A DNA stretch of 17,707 bases from the NCBI GenBank assembly GCA_046757165.1, contig JBHHXT010000097.1, positions 1 through 17,707 of the forward strand. The letters are read 5' to 3'. Positions 1 to 8,381 of the stretch are shown one piece after another; position 1 is the stretch's first letter, and each line of letters begins with the position of its first letter. A model generated the notes under the pieces. The model had not been told where the DNA came from. It searched no databases and was given only the letters and a program-made list of their open reading frames with translations. A program made the position numbers and the translations under genes. Source of the DNA: a bacterium (GTDB taxonomy: Bacteria > Zhuqueibacterota > Zhuqueibacteria > Oceanimicrobiales > Oceanimicrobiaceae).

Positions 1-119
1 TGCGATAGAAGTTGATTAGGAAGCAGCATTTAAGAGCGTGGATTTCCCGGTGCCCCTTGGACCGAACAGAAAAAAACTCTGCATCGGCATGCTAAACAAT
101 CTTGGAATGTAGACTCCAT
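1..119 (-). pseudogene. Frameshifted 5' remnant of an AAA+ / P-loop ATPase (AAA_14/DUF4143-like)
   Basis: One minus frame reads YIPRLFSMPMQSFFLFGPRGTGKSTLL (Walker A at 63..37) and stops at TAA 18..16. The ATG at 119, preceded by GAGG, is in a different frame. The sequence runs off the window edge. Confidence 0.65.
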
Positions 120-150
120 TTTGGGCCTCATATCGGAAATGGCGATTCCA

Positions 151-179
151 AAATTACGAATTTGGTCGCCTGGAGTCAA
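151..179 (-). promoter_or_regulatory. Putative sigma70 promoter for the ATPase remnant
   Basis: Minus strand TTGACT (179..174) - 17 nt - TAATTT (156..151), about 30 nt upstream of ATG 119. Confidence 0.4.
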
Positions 180-398
180 GTGAAAAACAAGATGAGTGAA
201 CGCTTTTAGGCAGTCCCCGATTCTAATTCTTCCCACAAAAAGAGAAGTCCTTGCAATTGAATCCCGAACCATTTATCTTAGACAGTTTCTTCTGGCAGAA
301 ATAGTCAAACACGGTCTGTGACCGAATTTTGACCAAGCCGCTTATTCCCGGATGAACGAAACGAGAATTTTGGTTAAGCTTTTCAAAGGAGGACAAGC

Positions 399-1385
399 AT
401 GTCTAAAACCGTAAGAGTCGCCGTTACCGGCACTGCCGGACAAATTGGTTACGCGCTTTTGCCAAGATTGGCCTCCGGCCAGGTGTTTGGCCCGGACACA
501 CGAATAACATTGCAGCTTCTGGAGATTCCGCCGGCCATGAAAGCGCTCGAGGGCGTGGTCATGGAGCTGGACGATTGCGCTTTCCCGCTGCTGGAGAAGA
601 CGGTCATCACGGACAATCCGGAAATTGCTTTCGACGGCGTCACCTGGGCGCTGCTGGTGGGATCGAAGCCTCGTGGTGCCGGCATGGAGCGCGGGGATTT
701 GATTCGCGAAAACGGACCGATTTTCGTCGGGCAGGGCAAAGCCCTCGCGGCCCGGGCTGCGGACGATGTGCGGGTGCTGGTGGTGGGCAACCCGGCGAAT
801 ACCAACTGTCTGATCGCGATGCACAACGCGGGCGACATTCCGAAAGAGAGGTTTAGCGCCATGACGCGGCTGGATCAGAATCGGGCAATGGCGCAATTGG
901 CGCAAAAAGCGGGGGTCAGGATTACCGATGTCAGCAACGTCACCATCTGGGGCAACCACAGTGCGACACAGTATCCCGACACCGAGAACGCCCGGATCAA
1001 GGGCAAGCCGGTCACGGATTTTATCGGTCATGTCGAGTGGCTGCGCGGGGAGTTCATCACCACGGTGCAAAAACGCGGCGCCGCAATTATTGCCGCACGC
1101 GGGCTGTCTTCCGCGGCTTCCGCGGCCAACGCCGCCATCGACCACGTGAAAAGCATGCTGGCCAAAACACCTGAAGGCGGCTGGTTTTCGGCAGCGGTTG
1201 CTTCAGATGGCAGCTACGACATCGATGAGGGGCTGATTTTCTCTTTTCCGGTCACCAGTGATGGTCAGGGCAATGTGGAGATCGTCCAGGGGCTGCCGTG
1301 GAGTGACTTTGCCAGGGAAAAAATCCGCCTCACAACCGAGGAGCTGCGCAAAGAGAGAGCGGTTGTGGAAGACTTGCTTGCCTAA
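399..1385 (+). CDS. mdh: Malate dehydrogenase (type 2, cytosolic-like MDH), 328 aa
   Basis: Motifs [12 protein letters not shown] (Rossmann), [41 protein letters not shown] and RGAAII. RBS AAGGAGG at 386-392. Confidence 0.97.
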   Translation: MSKTVRVAVTGTAGQIGYALLPRLASGQVFGPDTRITLQLLEIPPAMKALEGVVMELDDCAFPLLEKTVITDNPEIAFDGVTWALLVGSKPRGAGMERGDLIRENGPIFVGQGKALAARAADDVRVLVVGNPANTNCLIAMHNAGDIPKERFSAMTRLDQNRAMAQLAQKAGVRITDVSNVTIWGNHSATQYPDTENARIKGKPVTDFIGHVEWLRGEFITTVQKRGAAIIAARGLSSAASAANAAIDHVKSMLAKTPEGGWFSAAVASDGSYDIDEGLIFSFPVTSDGQGNVEIVQGLPWSDFAREKIRLTTEELRKERAVVEDLLA

Positions 1386-1497
1386 CCCGGGGTGACTATT
1401 CAGGTAGATAGGCTGTAGACTTTTAGGCTGTAGGAAAACGTTGTATTGAACATTTATCAAGCAACAAAAGTTTTTTGGAGCATTGCGCAAAACCTAA

Positions 1498-1626
1498 CCT
1501 GGATTATTCACAAGAGAGTAGCAAGTATTCATATAAGTATTTGATGATGCATATCTTAACGGGATAAAGAGGAGTGCAACGCTTTAGCGTTGCATGAAAT
1601 GCTAAAGCATTTCACTCCTTACGTGT
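1498..1626 (+). mobile_element. MITE family A, copy 1 (right end missing), carrying an inverted REP-like hairpin pair
   Basis: CTAA then CCTGGATTATTCACAAGAGA... is collinear with 16415-16523. It contains GGAG-TGCAACGC-TTTA-GCGTTGCA (1571-1594) followed by TGAAATGC-TAAA-GCATTTCA-CTCC (1595-1618). Confidence 0.8.
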
Positions 1627-1632
1627 AACAGC

Positions 1633-1723
1633 CTATGTCTCGACTGGGGACTTCGCCCGGTAGGGATGGCCTGGGGATAGGGAAAGGTAAAATATTCCAC
1701 ACGGAAAAAAACCACGCGGCTTT
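1633..1723 (+). repeat. Dispersed ~90-bp repeat family B, copy 1
   Basis: CTATGTCTCGA...GGGACTTC...GTAGGGATGG...AAATATTCCACACGGAAAAAAACCAC aligns with the reverse complement of 13520-13613, about three quarters identical by eye. Confidence 0.8.
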
Positions 1724-1778
1724 TATCCCTGTCAATTCGTGCAAATCCGTGGCTAAGTCATTTATTTTGTTACATTCC

Positions 1779-3278
1779 CTACTTTGAAGCGCGAGCGGTC
1801 CTGAAGCTCAGCGCGATCACTTCTGGTGTGGCGTGCTTGACAACGGGCATGGTCATGCCGAACGCCGCATTGATGTAGGTCGGGTCGCAGATCACAAACC
1901 GTTTGTTTTCATACAGCAGATGGTCGCCCTCAACGCGGCTGGTAAAATGCACGGCCGTGGCAACGTGTCCGGGATAATCCAATCCGATCACCTCCAGCCC
2001 CAAAAGGCGGTTCACCAGATAGGCGAAAAGGATGGAGCGGTCTTCGCAATCCGAATAGGGATAAAAGAGCGTTTCCTCGGCAAACAGATATTTTTCTCTG
2101 CCAAACTGTTCACCATCTGTTCTGTAGTCGAACGCCGTTTGGACGAACCGTAGCAGAATGTTCACAGCTTCTGTCTCGGATTTGCCCTCAACGATGGATT
2201 TCAAACCTGTCAGCAAGGAGCGCGCCGCCACCGAAGAAACCGGCGCCCCGAAGTAGACCTCCAGATTGGTCTGCGGATAATATTCAAAAAACTTCACCGC
2301 GCTGTCATCATAATCTACTGCCAGGGCATAGGTTTTCCCGCGGTACTCAAAACTCAGGTGCTTACTCGTCCCTGCGTTTTTGATCTTCGGAACGTTTTTG
2401 ACCTCGAGATCAAAGGAAGTGATGGCGCCTGGATATCGGCCATCATAGGTAAACAGCGATTTCACTTTTTCGTTTTGGTTGTCGAAAGAGAGCACATGAA
2501 ATTTCCTACCGTCGATGACGAAATAACGAACGCCGTACAACACATTGAGGGAAGGAAGCAGCAGGTAGATGCGGTTTTTTTGATAACCAATCTTCGCTTC
2601 ATATCCTGATTTTGAAAGCATGAACCACAGGAAGAGATTCCTGTCGTTTTGCGACGTTGGATGAATGCCCCTGGCCACACCGTTTAGCAGCATGCCATAC
2701 CCCCAATCGTTGAGCTGCATCTGCTCTCTCAGAAATTGCACCTGCGTCAGGAGGTCTTCATAGTTCAAAGCGCTCAGCTTCTTCCAATGCGCGCTAAGCG
2801 CTTTGTTTTCGATGTGAGCGACGAAAGGAGAAGAGAAGCCTCTGTCCACATGCACCGTTAGAGCAGCGCCAAAATAGTCGACTGTGATGGGCTGGCCCTT
2901 TTCGAGGTCGAGCGGCACGGGGTTATCTTCAAGCTCTGGAATTGGCAGCGGAACAACCTCTGGCACGGGAATATCTTTGATGATGCGAAGATCGGGCCGG
3001 TCGATGTCTCTCGGCGGCAGTTTTTCTGCTTGCGGCATTTTGACCGGTTTGGGATTCTCATCTCTTTTCAGTCCCTCCCGCAACTGCATGTTGCGCCACT
3101 CTTTTTTCAGGAATTCCGTGAAATCCTTATCTCGTTTTTCTTTGAATTCCTGGAAGGCTTGTTGCTGCTTTTCGAGCCACTTCTCATAATCTTCCTGTGC
3201 ATTGGCCGAACGATGGCACAACCCCAGGAGAAGGACGAAAGCAAGAGAGACGATACCGGCTGAATTCTTGGCGTGCAT
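1779..3278 (-). CDS. Exported transglutaminase-like (papain-fold) protein, ~499 aa
   Basis: Start re-called at ATG 3278 with an AAGGAG RBS. Signal peptide ...SANA-QED, then a charged helical N-terminus. Putative catalytic triad SDCEDRS (Cys), PGHVATAV (His), CDPTY (Asp). Confidence 0.8.
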   Translation of the reverse strand: MHAKNSAGIVSLAFVLLLGLCHRSANAQEDYEKWLEKQQQAFQEFKEKRDKDFTEFLKKEWRNMQLREGLKRDENPKPVKMPQAEKLPPRDIDRPDLRIIKDIPVPEVVPLPIPELEDNPVPLDLEKGQPITVDYFGAALTVHVDRGFSSPFVAHIENKALSAHWKKLSALNYEDLLTQVQFLREQMQLNDWGYGMLLNGVARGIHPTSQNDRNLFLWFMLSKSGYEAKIGYQKNRIYLLLPSLNVLYGVRYFVIDGRKFHVLSFDNQNEKVKSLFTYDGRYPGAITSFDLEVKNVPKIKNAGTSKHLSFEYRGKTYALAVDYDDSAVKFFEYYPQTNLEVYFGAPVSSVAARSLLTGLKSIVEGKSETEAVNILLRFVQTAFDYRTDGEQFGREKYLFAEETLFYPYSDCEDRSILFAYLVNRLLGLEVIGLDYPGHVATAVHFTSRVEGDHLLYENKRFVICDPTYINAAFGMTMPVVKHATPEVIALSFRTARASK

Positions 3279-3493
3279 GCCAGGCTCCTTTTGTTGACGA
3301 TGGATGAGTGCTGCTTGATGATTCAATGTCATTAAAGTCAAACTCGATCCAACATGGTCTCTGACCATGTTTTTTGCTCAAAACGGGGCCTAAAAGGGCC
3401 TACTTTTTCTGTCATCTCCAACAACCGGAACCCAAAAGGTCTTTTCCTAAAACTGTGTGGTTCCTGACCGGATGGAGCGGTGTACAAGCTTCA

Positions 3494-3626
3494 GAGCCTG
3501 TGCGAGAATGTAACGCAAGCATCTTGCTTGCGAGAATGGATTGCAAAGAAAACAAGAACTTAGCTTAAATCAGAGACCCTTTTTAACAAGCCAGAGGCTT
3601 GTTTTACCATGTTTTCACACAGGCTC
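3494..3626. mobile_element. 133-bp MITE (family C) with 15-bp imperfect TIRs and TTCA target duplication
   Basis: TTCA-[GAGCCTGTGCGAGAA ... TTTTCACACAGGCTC]-TTCA. Internal hairpins GTAA-CGCAAGCA-TCT-TGCTTGCG (3510-3532) and AACAAGCC-AGA-GGCTTGTT-TTAC (3585-3607). The ends resemble IS1182/IS5-type ends (inference). Confidence 0.85.
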
Positions 3627-3683
3627 TTCAGCTTGCCGGGGTGTGGGAAAACACGCTAAAGCGTGAACACCCTGATTCTGACC

Positions 3684-5954
3684 TCAGCGAATTTCCCTGA
3701 CACAGCGAAACCCAATAAACCGTTTTTTTTGCGCCGGATCTTGAGCGAAGCGAAAGTCACACCTGAAATTATAGGCTGCAAATCCTCCCGAGGCTACAAT
3801 GCCCCGCACCACACGCCGGGCGCCTTTCTTCGGCCCTTTGGGGTTGCGGTCAGGGCTGACGGTGTAATAATCAACCTGAAACCAGTCGGCGCACCACTCC
3901 CAGGCATTGTCTGCCATGTCGAATAGGCCATAGCCGTTGGCGGAATAGGTCTCCACCTCGCGCAGATGCTTTCTGCTCTCCTCGCTGAATCGCTGTGCGA
4001 ACTCGGGTCGCGATTCCGGCGACTCATCCCCCCAGGGAAAGATTTTGCTTTCCAGGCCACCGCGGGCGGCGTATTCCCACTCGGCTTCCGTCGGCAGACG
4101 CTTGCCGGCCCATTTCGCGAAGGCGACCGCATCGTTCCAGCTAACATAGACCACGGGCTGTCTGGGATTTTCCAGTTGCTTCTTCCATTCACCAGGCTGG
4201 GGGTATTCCTCGGCCTGCAGGAATTCCTTGTATTGTGCTACCGTGACTTCATGTTTGTCGATGTAGAACGGGTCGAGCAGAACCATGTGCAGCCGTTCGT
4301 CAACCGACCCTTTGGTGCCCATCAGGAAGGCGCCCCCCGGGATGTACTTCATCTCGGAGCAAGCTCGAATTTGCCGTGCGACGTAGGAATCGCGTGGTTT
4401 GCGCTGCAGCGCCTCCTCATACTTGCGCTTCGCCGTGGCGGGCTTTCCTTGCTTGAACAGCTTATCTCCCTCGTCTTTGAATTTCGCGAACAGAGCTGTC
4501 CGCTCAGCAATTGCCCTGGCATCGGCGATCTTTTGGTCGCACACCTCGATTCTGCTGCTGACATACTCGTCGTTTGGTTTTTCGGAAAGCGCGAGCCGAT
4601 AGGCTGCCCGCGCCTTATTAAAGTCGTCCGTTTCGAACAGACGATCGCCCTCGGCGCGATGTTGTTGAAACAGGCTCTGCTCGTCGGCCTGCTTCTCTCC
4701 CGTTTTTCCCGCTTTCTCCTTTCGAGGCGCGGTGACGTCGACGCTTGCAACGTTCTTTGTGACCAACTCGGAGCCCGCCTCTACCGGCGGCTCTTTTTCC
4801 TGCGAGTCAGCGTTCTGCTCTGATTCGCGACCAAAGAAGAACAGGAAGGCGAGCGTCAAAGCCACCCCGATGAATGACAACACCATGACCGGCGTCCGTT
4901 TCTTCCTGCTTTGCTGCGGTGCGTCTGAGCGGTGCGGCGCGTTCAGCCGGATCGTGTTTGTGTCATCGGAGCAGATGAGTGACCTGGCGTTGTGCAGGAG
5001 CTCCCTGAAGGCCTCGACATTTTGCGGACGGCGTTCAGGGTCGATCGCCAAGGCCGGCTGCAAGGCGCTGTGCAGCGCAGAGGACAAATTCGTGCCATCT
5101 TTCTCCAGGACCGAGAAAGCGTCGCTCTGCGTCTCCTCTGTCGCATCTGGAAGCACGTCGCCGGTCACCAGGTAGTAAAGAGTAGCAGCGCAAGCGTAGA
5201 TATCCGTCCAGGGGCCTTGCAGCCCCCGGCGTGAATATTGTTCCGAAGGCGCGAATCCGGGTGTCAGGACCACCGACATGCTGCGGGTCATGCCGCCCAT
5301 GGCAACTCGCGCCGCGCCAAAGTCGAGCAGAATTGCGCGACCTTCTTTGGTCAAATAGATGTTCTGGGGCTTGATGTCGCGGTGCAGGAGATGGTTGTCG
5401 TGCACCTGTTTGAGGCCATCGAGAACCTGGAGCATGATGTCGATGGCTTCCGGTTCCGGGAGTCTTCCGCCCTGTCTCTTGCGGTATTCTTCCAGGTTTT
5501 CGCCTTCGAGGTAGTCCATGACCAGATACGCCGTCTGATTCTGCTCGAAAAAGTGCCGGACGCGGACGAGATTCCGGTGGTCGAATCTGGCGAGATTGCG
5601 CGCCTCCTGCAGGAATTGCTGCAGCCCCTGATTGAACGTCTTGCCGTCTTCTTCAGAGTGGGGCGTGACCGTAGTGCCATCTTTGTCTCTTCCGACAAAC
5701 TCGCGCGGCAAATATTCTTTGACAGCGATCGAGGTTTCCAGCCGCGTGTCCCAGCCAAAATAGGTGATGCCAAATCCCCCCGGTTTCCCTAATATGCGGC
5801 CGACTAGATACTGGTCGTGCAAGAGAGTGTGCGTCGAGAGGGCCAAAGGACTGCGATAGTCCTCTTCGTCATATCCACAGCTTGGGCACGTCCTCGCATC
5901 GCCCTTTTCCGTGAAACAACCAGGACAAAGCTGTTGGTAGTTTTCTCCTGCCAT
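3684..5954 (-). CDS. Membrane Ser/Thr protein kinase with N-terminal Zn ribbon, TM helix, TPRs and C-terminal FGE-sulfatase-like domain
   Basis: CPGC..CPSC; kinase motifs GKPGGFGITY, IAVKE, HRDIKPQN, DFG, APSEQY, TDIY; TM VMVLSFIGVALTLAFLFFFG; two TPR-like repeats; FGE motifs HEVTVAQY, PVVYVSWNDA, RLPTEAEWEYAARGG, NAWEW, GFRC. Start is ATG 5954 or TTG 5960. Confidence 0.92.
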   Translation of the reverse strand: MAGENYQQLCPGCFTEKGDARTCPSCGYDEEDYRSPLALSTHTLLHDQYLVGRILGKPGGFGITYFGWDTRLETSIAVKEYLPREFVGRDKDGTTVTPHSEEDGKTFNQGLQQFLQEARNLARFDHRNLVRVRHFFEQNQTAYLVMDYLEGENLEEYRKRQGGRLPEPEAIDIMLQVLDGLKQVHDNHLLHRDIKPQNIYLTKEGRAILLDFGAARVAMGGMTRSMSVVLTPGFAPSEQYSRRGLQGPWTDIYACAATLYYLVTGDVLPDATEETQSDAFSVLEKDGTNLSSALHSALQPALAIDPERRPQNVEAFRELLHNARSLICSDDTNTIRLNAPHRSDAPQQSRKKRTPVMVLSFIGVALTLAFLFFFGRESEQNADSQEKEPPVEAGSELVTKNVASVDVTAPRKEKAGKTGEKQADEQSLFQQHRAEGDRLFETDDFNKARAAYRLALSEKPNDEYVSSRIEVCDQKIADARAIAERTALFAKFKDEGDKLFKQGKPATAKRKYEEALQRKPRDSYVARQIRACSEMKYIPGGAFLMGTKGSVDERLHMVLLDPFYIDKHEVTVAQYKEFLQAEEYPQPGEWKKQLENPRQPVVYVSWNDAVAFAKWAGKRLPTEAEWEYAARGGLESKIFPWGDESPESRPEFAQRFSEESRKHLREVETYSANGYGLFDMADNAWEWCADWFQVDYYTVSPDRNPKGPKKGARRVVRGIVASGGFAAYNFRCDFRFAQDPAQKKRFIGFRCVREIR

Positions 5955-6072
5955 GTTCAATTACGTGGTTGAATGGGTGATTTGATTCTTCGCCAGAAGT
6001 GTTTGAAAGAAAACTAAGATCTCATGTGGCAACCCCAGGATTTGAATCCCACCCGCCCCGAACTCGTCACTC

Positions 6073-6212
6073 GTAGCCGCCACCCCTTGTGGGTGGCTAT
6101 CGTCTCTCGCAAGGAAATCAAAAAGAACAACAGATATGCCCCTACATCATTGGTGGTGGTTGGCCAATCGCCAGCGCGTTCAGATTGCCCCGATGCAGGA
6201 AGCTGCGACTCC
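6073..6212. repeat. Degenerate REP-like hairpins in the intergenic region
   Basis: GTAGCC-GCCACCC-CTTGT-GGGTGGC hairpin (6073-6097), ATGCCCCTAC (~6136) and GCAGGAAGCTGCGACTCC (~6195-6212). Confidence 0.35.
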
Positions 6213-6218
6213 GGGGCG

Positions 6219-6971
6219 TCACGGTTTTGGCATGCGCACCAAAACATAGAAGATTTCTTGTTCGAGGTCCCTCCACCTGGATACAATTTCAACGTTCTTC
6301 AGGACGACCGCAGTTCGCTCGTGCAGGATTTCCTGGCCCTGGTAGCCGAGTTTTTGTATGGCCTGTAATTGTGTGTAGACCGCCCGCGCCAGGTTACGGC
6401 GCGCAAGTTTTTCGGCTTCTGCCCATGAGCTGGTCTCATAAAAATATTGTGGCGCCACGCCGATGCCATAACAGTAGTTCGAGTCTTCAGGAATCTCTTC
6501 AATCCAGGCAGGGGAGGGCAGATCTTTTGGTGACTGTTCGTCCCGGTACCACGGGTCGACGATACATCCGGAGCCTCCGAGCAAGACACAGATGAACTCG
6601 TCGGTGACCAGGGTATCTTTTGGCGTGAGCACCGAAGCTGCGCTTGCAATGACAGTGGAGTCGAATTTTTCGACGAAATTCGACTCCATCCAAAACATCC
6701 CCATTTCTGTGTTCCAAAAGGTCTGCCCGCCGCCTACTTCCGTACACCTCTGCCTGGCATAGTTCTCGTAGCCGTTGCGAATCGCCCGGGCAGCAGCAGA
6801 ATCCGGGTAGAACGAGGACTTGGCATAGCCCACGGCAACCCTTTTACATCTAACAGACGCCTGATTGAAAAACCAGTACGGATAGTCCTGCGCCAGAGCC
6901 GCACCGGACGGCAGCAACAGAACAACGAAGATGAGCCGTTCCGTTAATGACCGTGAATTTGTGGCCCACAT
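6219..6971 (-). CDS. Exported LPP20-like domain protein, ~250 aa
   Basis: Start re-called at ATG 6971, which overlaps the upstream stop (TAATG). Signal peptide ...GAALA-QD. C-terminal PAWIEEIPEDSNYCYGIG...AEKLARRNLA is LPP20-like. Confidence 0.7.
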   Translation of the reverse strand: MWATNSRSLTERLIFVVLLLPSGAALAQDYPYWFFNQASVRCKRVAVGYAKSSFYPDSAAARAIRNGYENYARQRCTEVGGGQTFWNTEMGMFWMESNFVEKFDSTVIASAASVLTPKDTLVTDEFICVLLGGSGCIVDPWYRDEQSPKDLPSPAWIEEIPEDSNYCYGIGVAPQYFYETSSWAEAEKLARRNLARAVYTQLQAIQKLGYQGQEILHERTAVVLKNVEIVSRWRDLEQEIFYVLVRMPKP

Positions 6972-7552
6972 TACTGCATCTTCGCCGCCTGTTGTTTTTT
7001 CCACTCTTCATACTTGCGCACCTCGTCGTCCATTTCCTTGAAGGCCTCTGAAGCCCGAAAGCGTGTGTACATGTTCTGGTTGGCTTTCAGGGCGTTCATG
7101 AATGCCTGGTTGGCGGCGCCGATCGGGTATTCCACCAAAACATAGGCGCGGTAATTGTTGCCGTCCTTGACATGGGCCGTTTTTGATGCGCGACTCCCCA
7201 TGAGCTGGGTCGAAACGACCGTCCTGATGGTCTGCGAGAATAATTGATTGATTTCGGCGTCCTCATCGGTTCCCACTTCTTCTTGAAAACTCTTGGTGAG
7301 ACCGTCGATTTTCAGCTCATATTGGCGTGCAATCTCTGCTCGCGCGCTTGTGATCGCCTTCTCGATTGCGAGGTTGAGATCTCTCGATGCACCGGTTCGC
7401 GCCGCATAAAGGAAGTTGGGGTCCTGGGGAGTGTTCGTGAACCACTCTGGAATCGGATCTATACGCGTTTGTGTCAATGGCTTTGAGCCCCCGCAGCCCA
7501 TCACAGAGATCGCCATCCCCGCGATGACTAATAAGGAAACAAGTGAACGCAT
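6971..7552 (-). CDS. LPP20-family lipoprotein, 193 aa
   Basis: GGAGG RBS; lipobox VMG-C; PEWF...AIEKAITSARAEIA...YRAYVLVEY pattern typical of the LPP20/FlgP family. Confidence 0.8.
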   Translation of the reverse strand: MRSLVSLLVIAGMAISVMGCGGSKPLTQTRIDPIPEWFTNTPQDPNFLYAARTGASRDLNLAIEKAITSARAEIARQYELKIDGLTKSFQEEVGTDEDAEINQLFSQTIRTVVSTQLMGSRASKTAHVKDGNNYRAYVLVEYPIGAANQAFMNALKANQNMYTRFRASEAFKEMDDEVRKYEEWKKQQAAKMQ

Positions 7553-7595
7553 TGCTAACCTCCGTAAATTGGTTAATTCGTGAAAGATGATTTAG

Positions 7596-7696
7596 GCCCT
7601 GACAAGTCAAGTTTTCTCATTCTTTGGCAAGACTTCTTGTGATTCAGTTTCTTTCGATTTTCGAGTTTAGGATTTCGAATTTCCGGCTTGTCCGGG
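7596..7696 (-). mobile_element. MITE-like repeat family D, copy 1
   Basis: Ends CCCTGACAAG (7597-7606) and CTTGTCCGGG (7687-7696), with TTAG on both flanks (7592-7595, 7697-7700). Internal TTTCGA-type heptamer repeats. The reverse complement aligns with 16017-16136. Confidence 0.7.
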
Positions 7697-7731
7697 TTAG
7701 GTCAAATGGACAGGCAGGCAGTCAACTGCGC

Positions 7732-8304
7732 TTAGAAGGCCACACCACCGGTGATGCCGATGAAGGAAAAACTGTCTCCTTCGGTGAAAATGATTCGTGT
7801 CAAGCCCTGGAACAAGAGATTGAATCTTGGGCCGGCAGGGATTTCTATCCCGCCCCCGAAGGCAACCCCTGGCTTGCTTTCTTCGGCATTGACCTCGAAG
7901 CCCAAATCCTCGTCCAGAAATGTTGCTTCGACGCGGCTGTAGGTTGCCATGCCAAACAAATAAAGCTGAAGGCTCGATTCCATTGAGGTGAGATAAGGCC
8001 GCAAGCCAAACCCCAGCTCTGCAACGGTCAACTCGCCTTCGATACCAAATTCACTCAATTCATCGCTTTGCGTAAATCCTTCGCCTGAGATGCCGAGGCT
8101 GATGCCGAACTGGGGCGAAAGGAACATGACATATTGCCCGTGAACACTCACCCCGACCTTCACCGCGTCTTGAATCCCCTCTGGCCCAAGAGGAACCGCC
8201 GCACCGATGAAAAGCTCCCATTGATTGTTGCGTTTCTGCGCTAAGCCACTGCTGGCGAACAGAAACAAAACCCCGATCATTGCCGCAAATCTGTAGAATC
8301 TCAT
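7732..8304 (-). CDS. Outer-membrane beta-barrel protein (OmpA/OmpW-like small barrel), 190 aa
   Basis: AGGAGG RBS; signal peptide ...GLA-QK; alternating amphipathic strands; C-terminal Phe (GGVAF). Confidence 0.8.
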   Translation of the reverse strand: MRFYRFAAMIGVLFLFASSGLAQKRNNQWELFIGAAVPLGPEGIQDAVKVGVSVHGQYVMFLSPQFGISLGISGEGFTQSDELSEFGIEGELTVAELGFGLRPYLTSMESSLQLYLFGMATYSRVEATFLDEDLGFEVNAEESKPGVAFGGGIEIPAGPRFNLLFQGLTRIIFTEGDSFSFIGITGGVAF

Positions 8305-8381
8305 TTACCTGCCTCCTGGGTTTGGTGATGAAAATTGAAAGGATTGACTTTGCCCCCGTGATTTGTTCATTTCGGCACCGC

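Noticed and set aside
30..272. 80-aa minus-strand ORF in the track
   Set aside because: No recognisable motif. The real signal (Walker A) is in another frame.
1382..1432. CTAACCCGGGGTGACTATTCAGG (resembles fused MITE ends) and TAGGCTGTAG repeats, similar to the inverse of 16137-16152
   Set aside because: Too short and degenerate to call. Probably repeat remnants.
1386..1778. CRISPR array in the repeat-rich intergenic regions
   Set aside because: No regularly spaced identical direct repeats with unique spacers, and no cas genes.
3684..3900. FGE/C-type-lectin-fold C-terminus as a diversity-generating retroelement target
   Set aside because: No reverse transcriptase and no template repeat with adenine-specific mismatches seen in the window.
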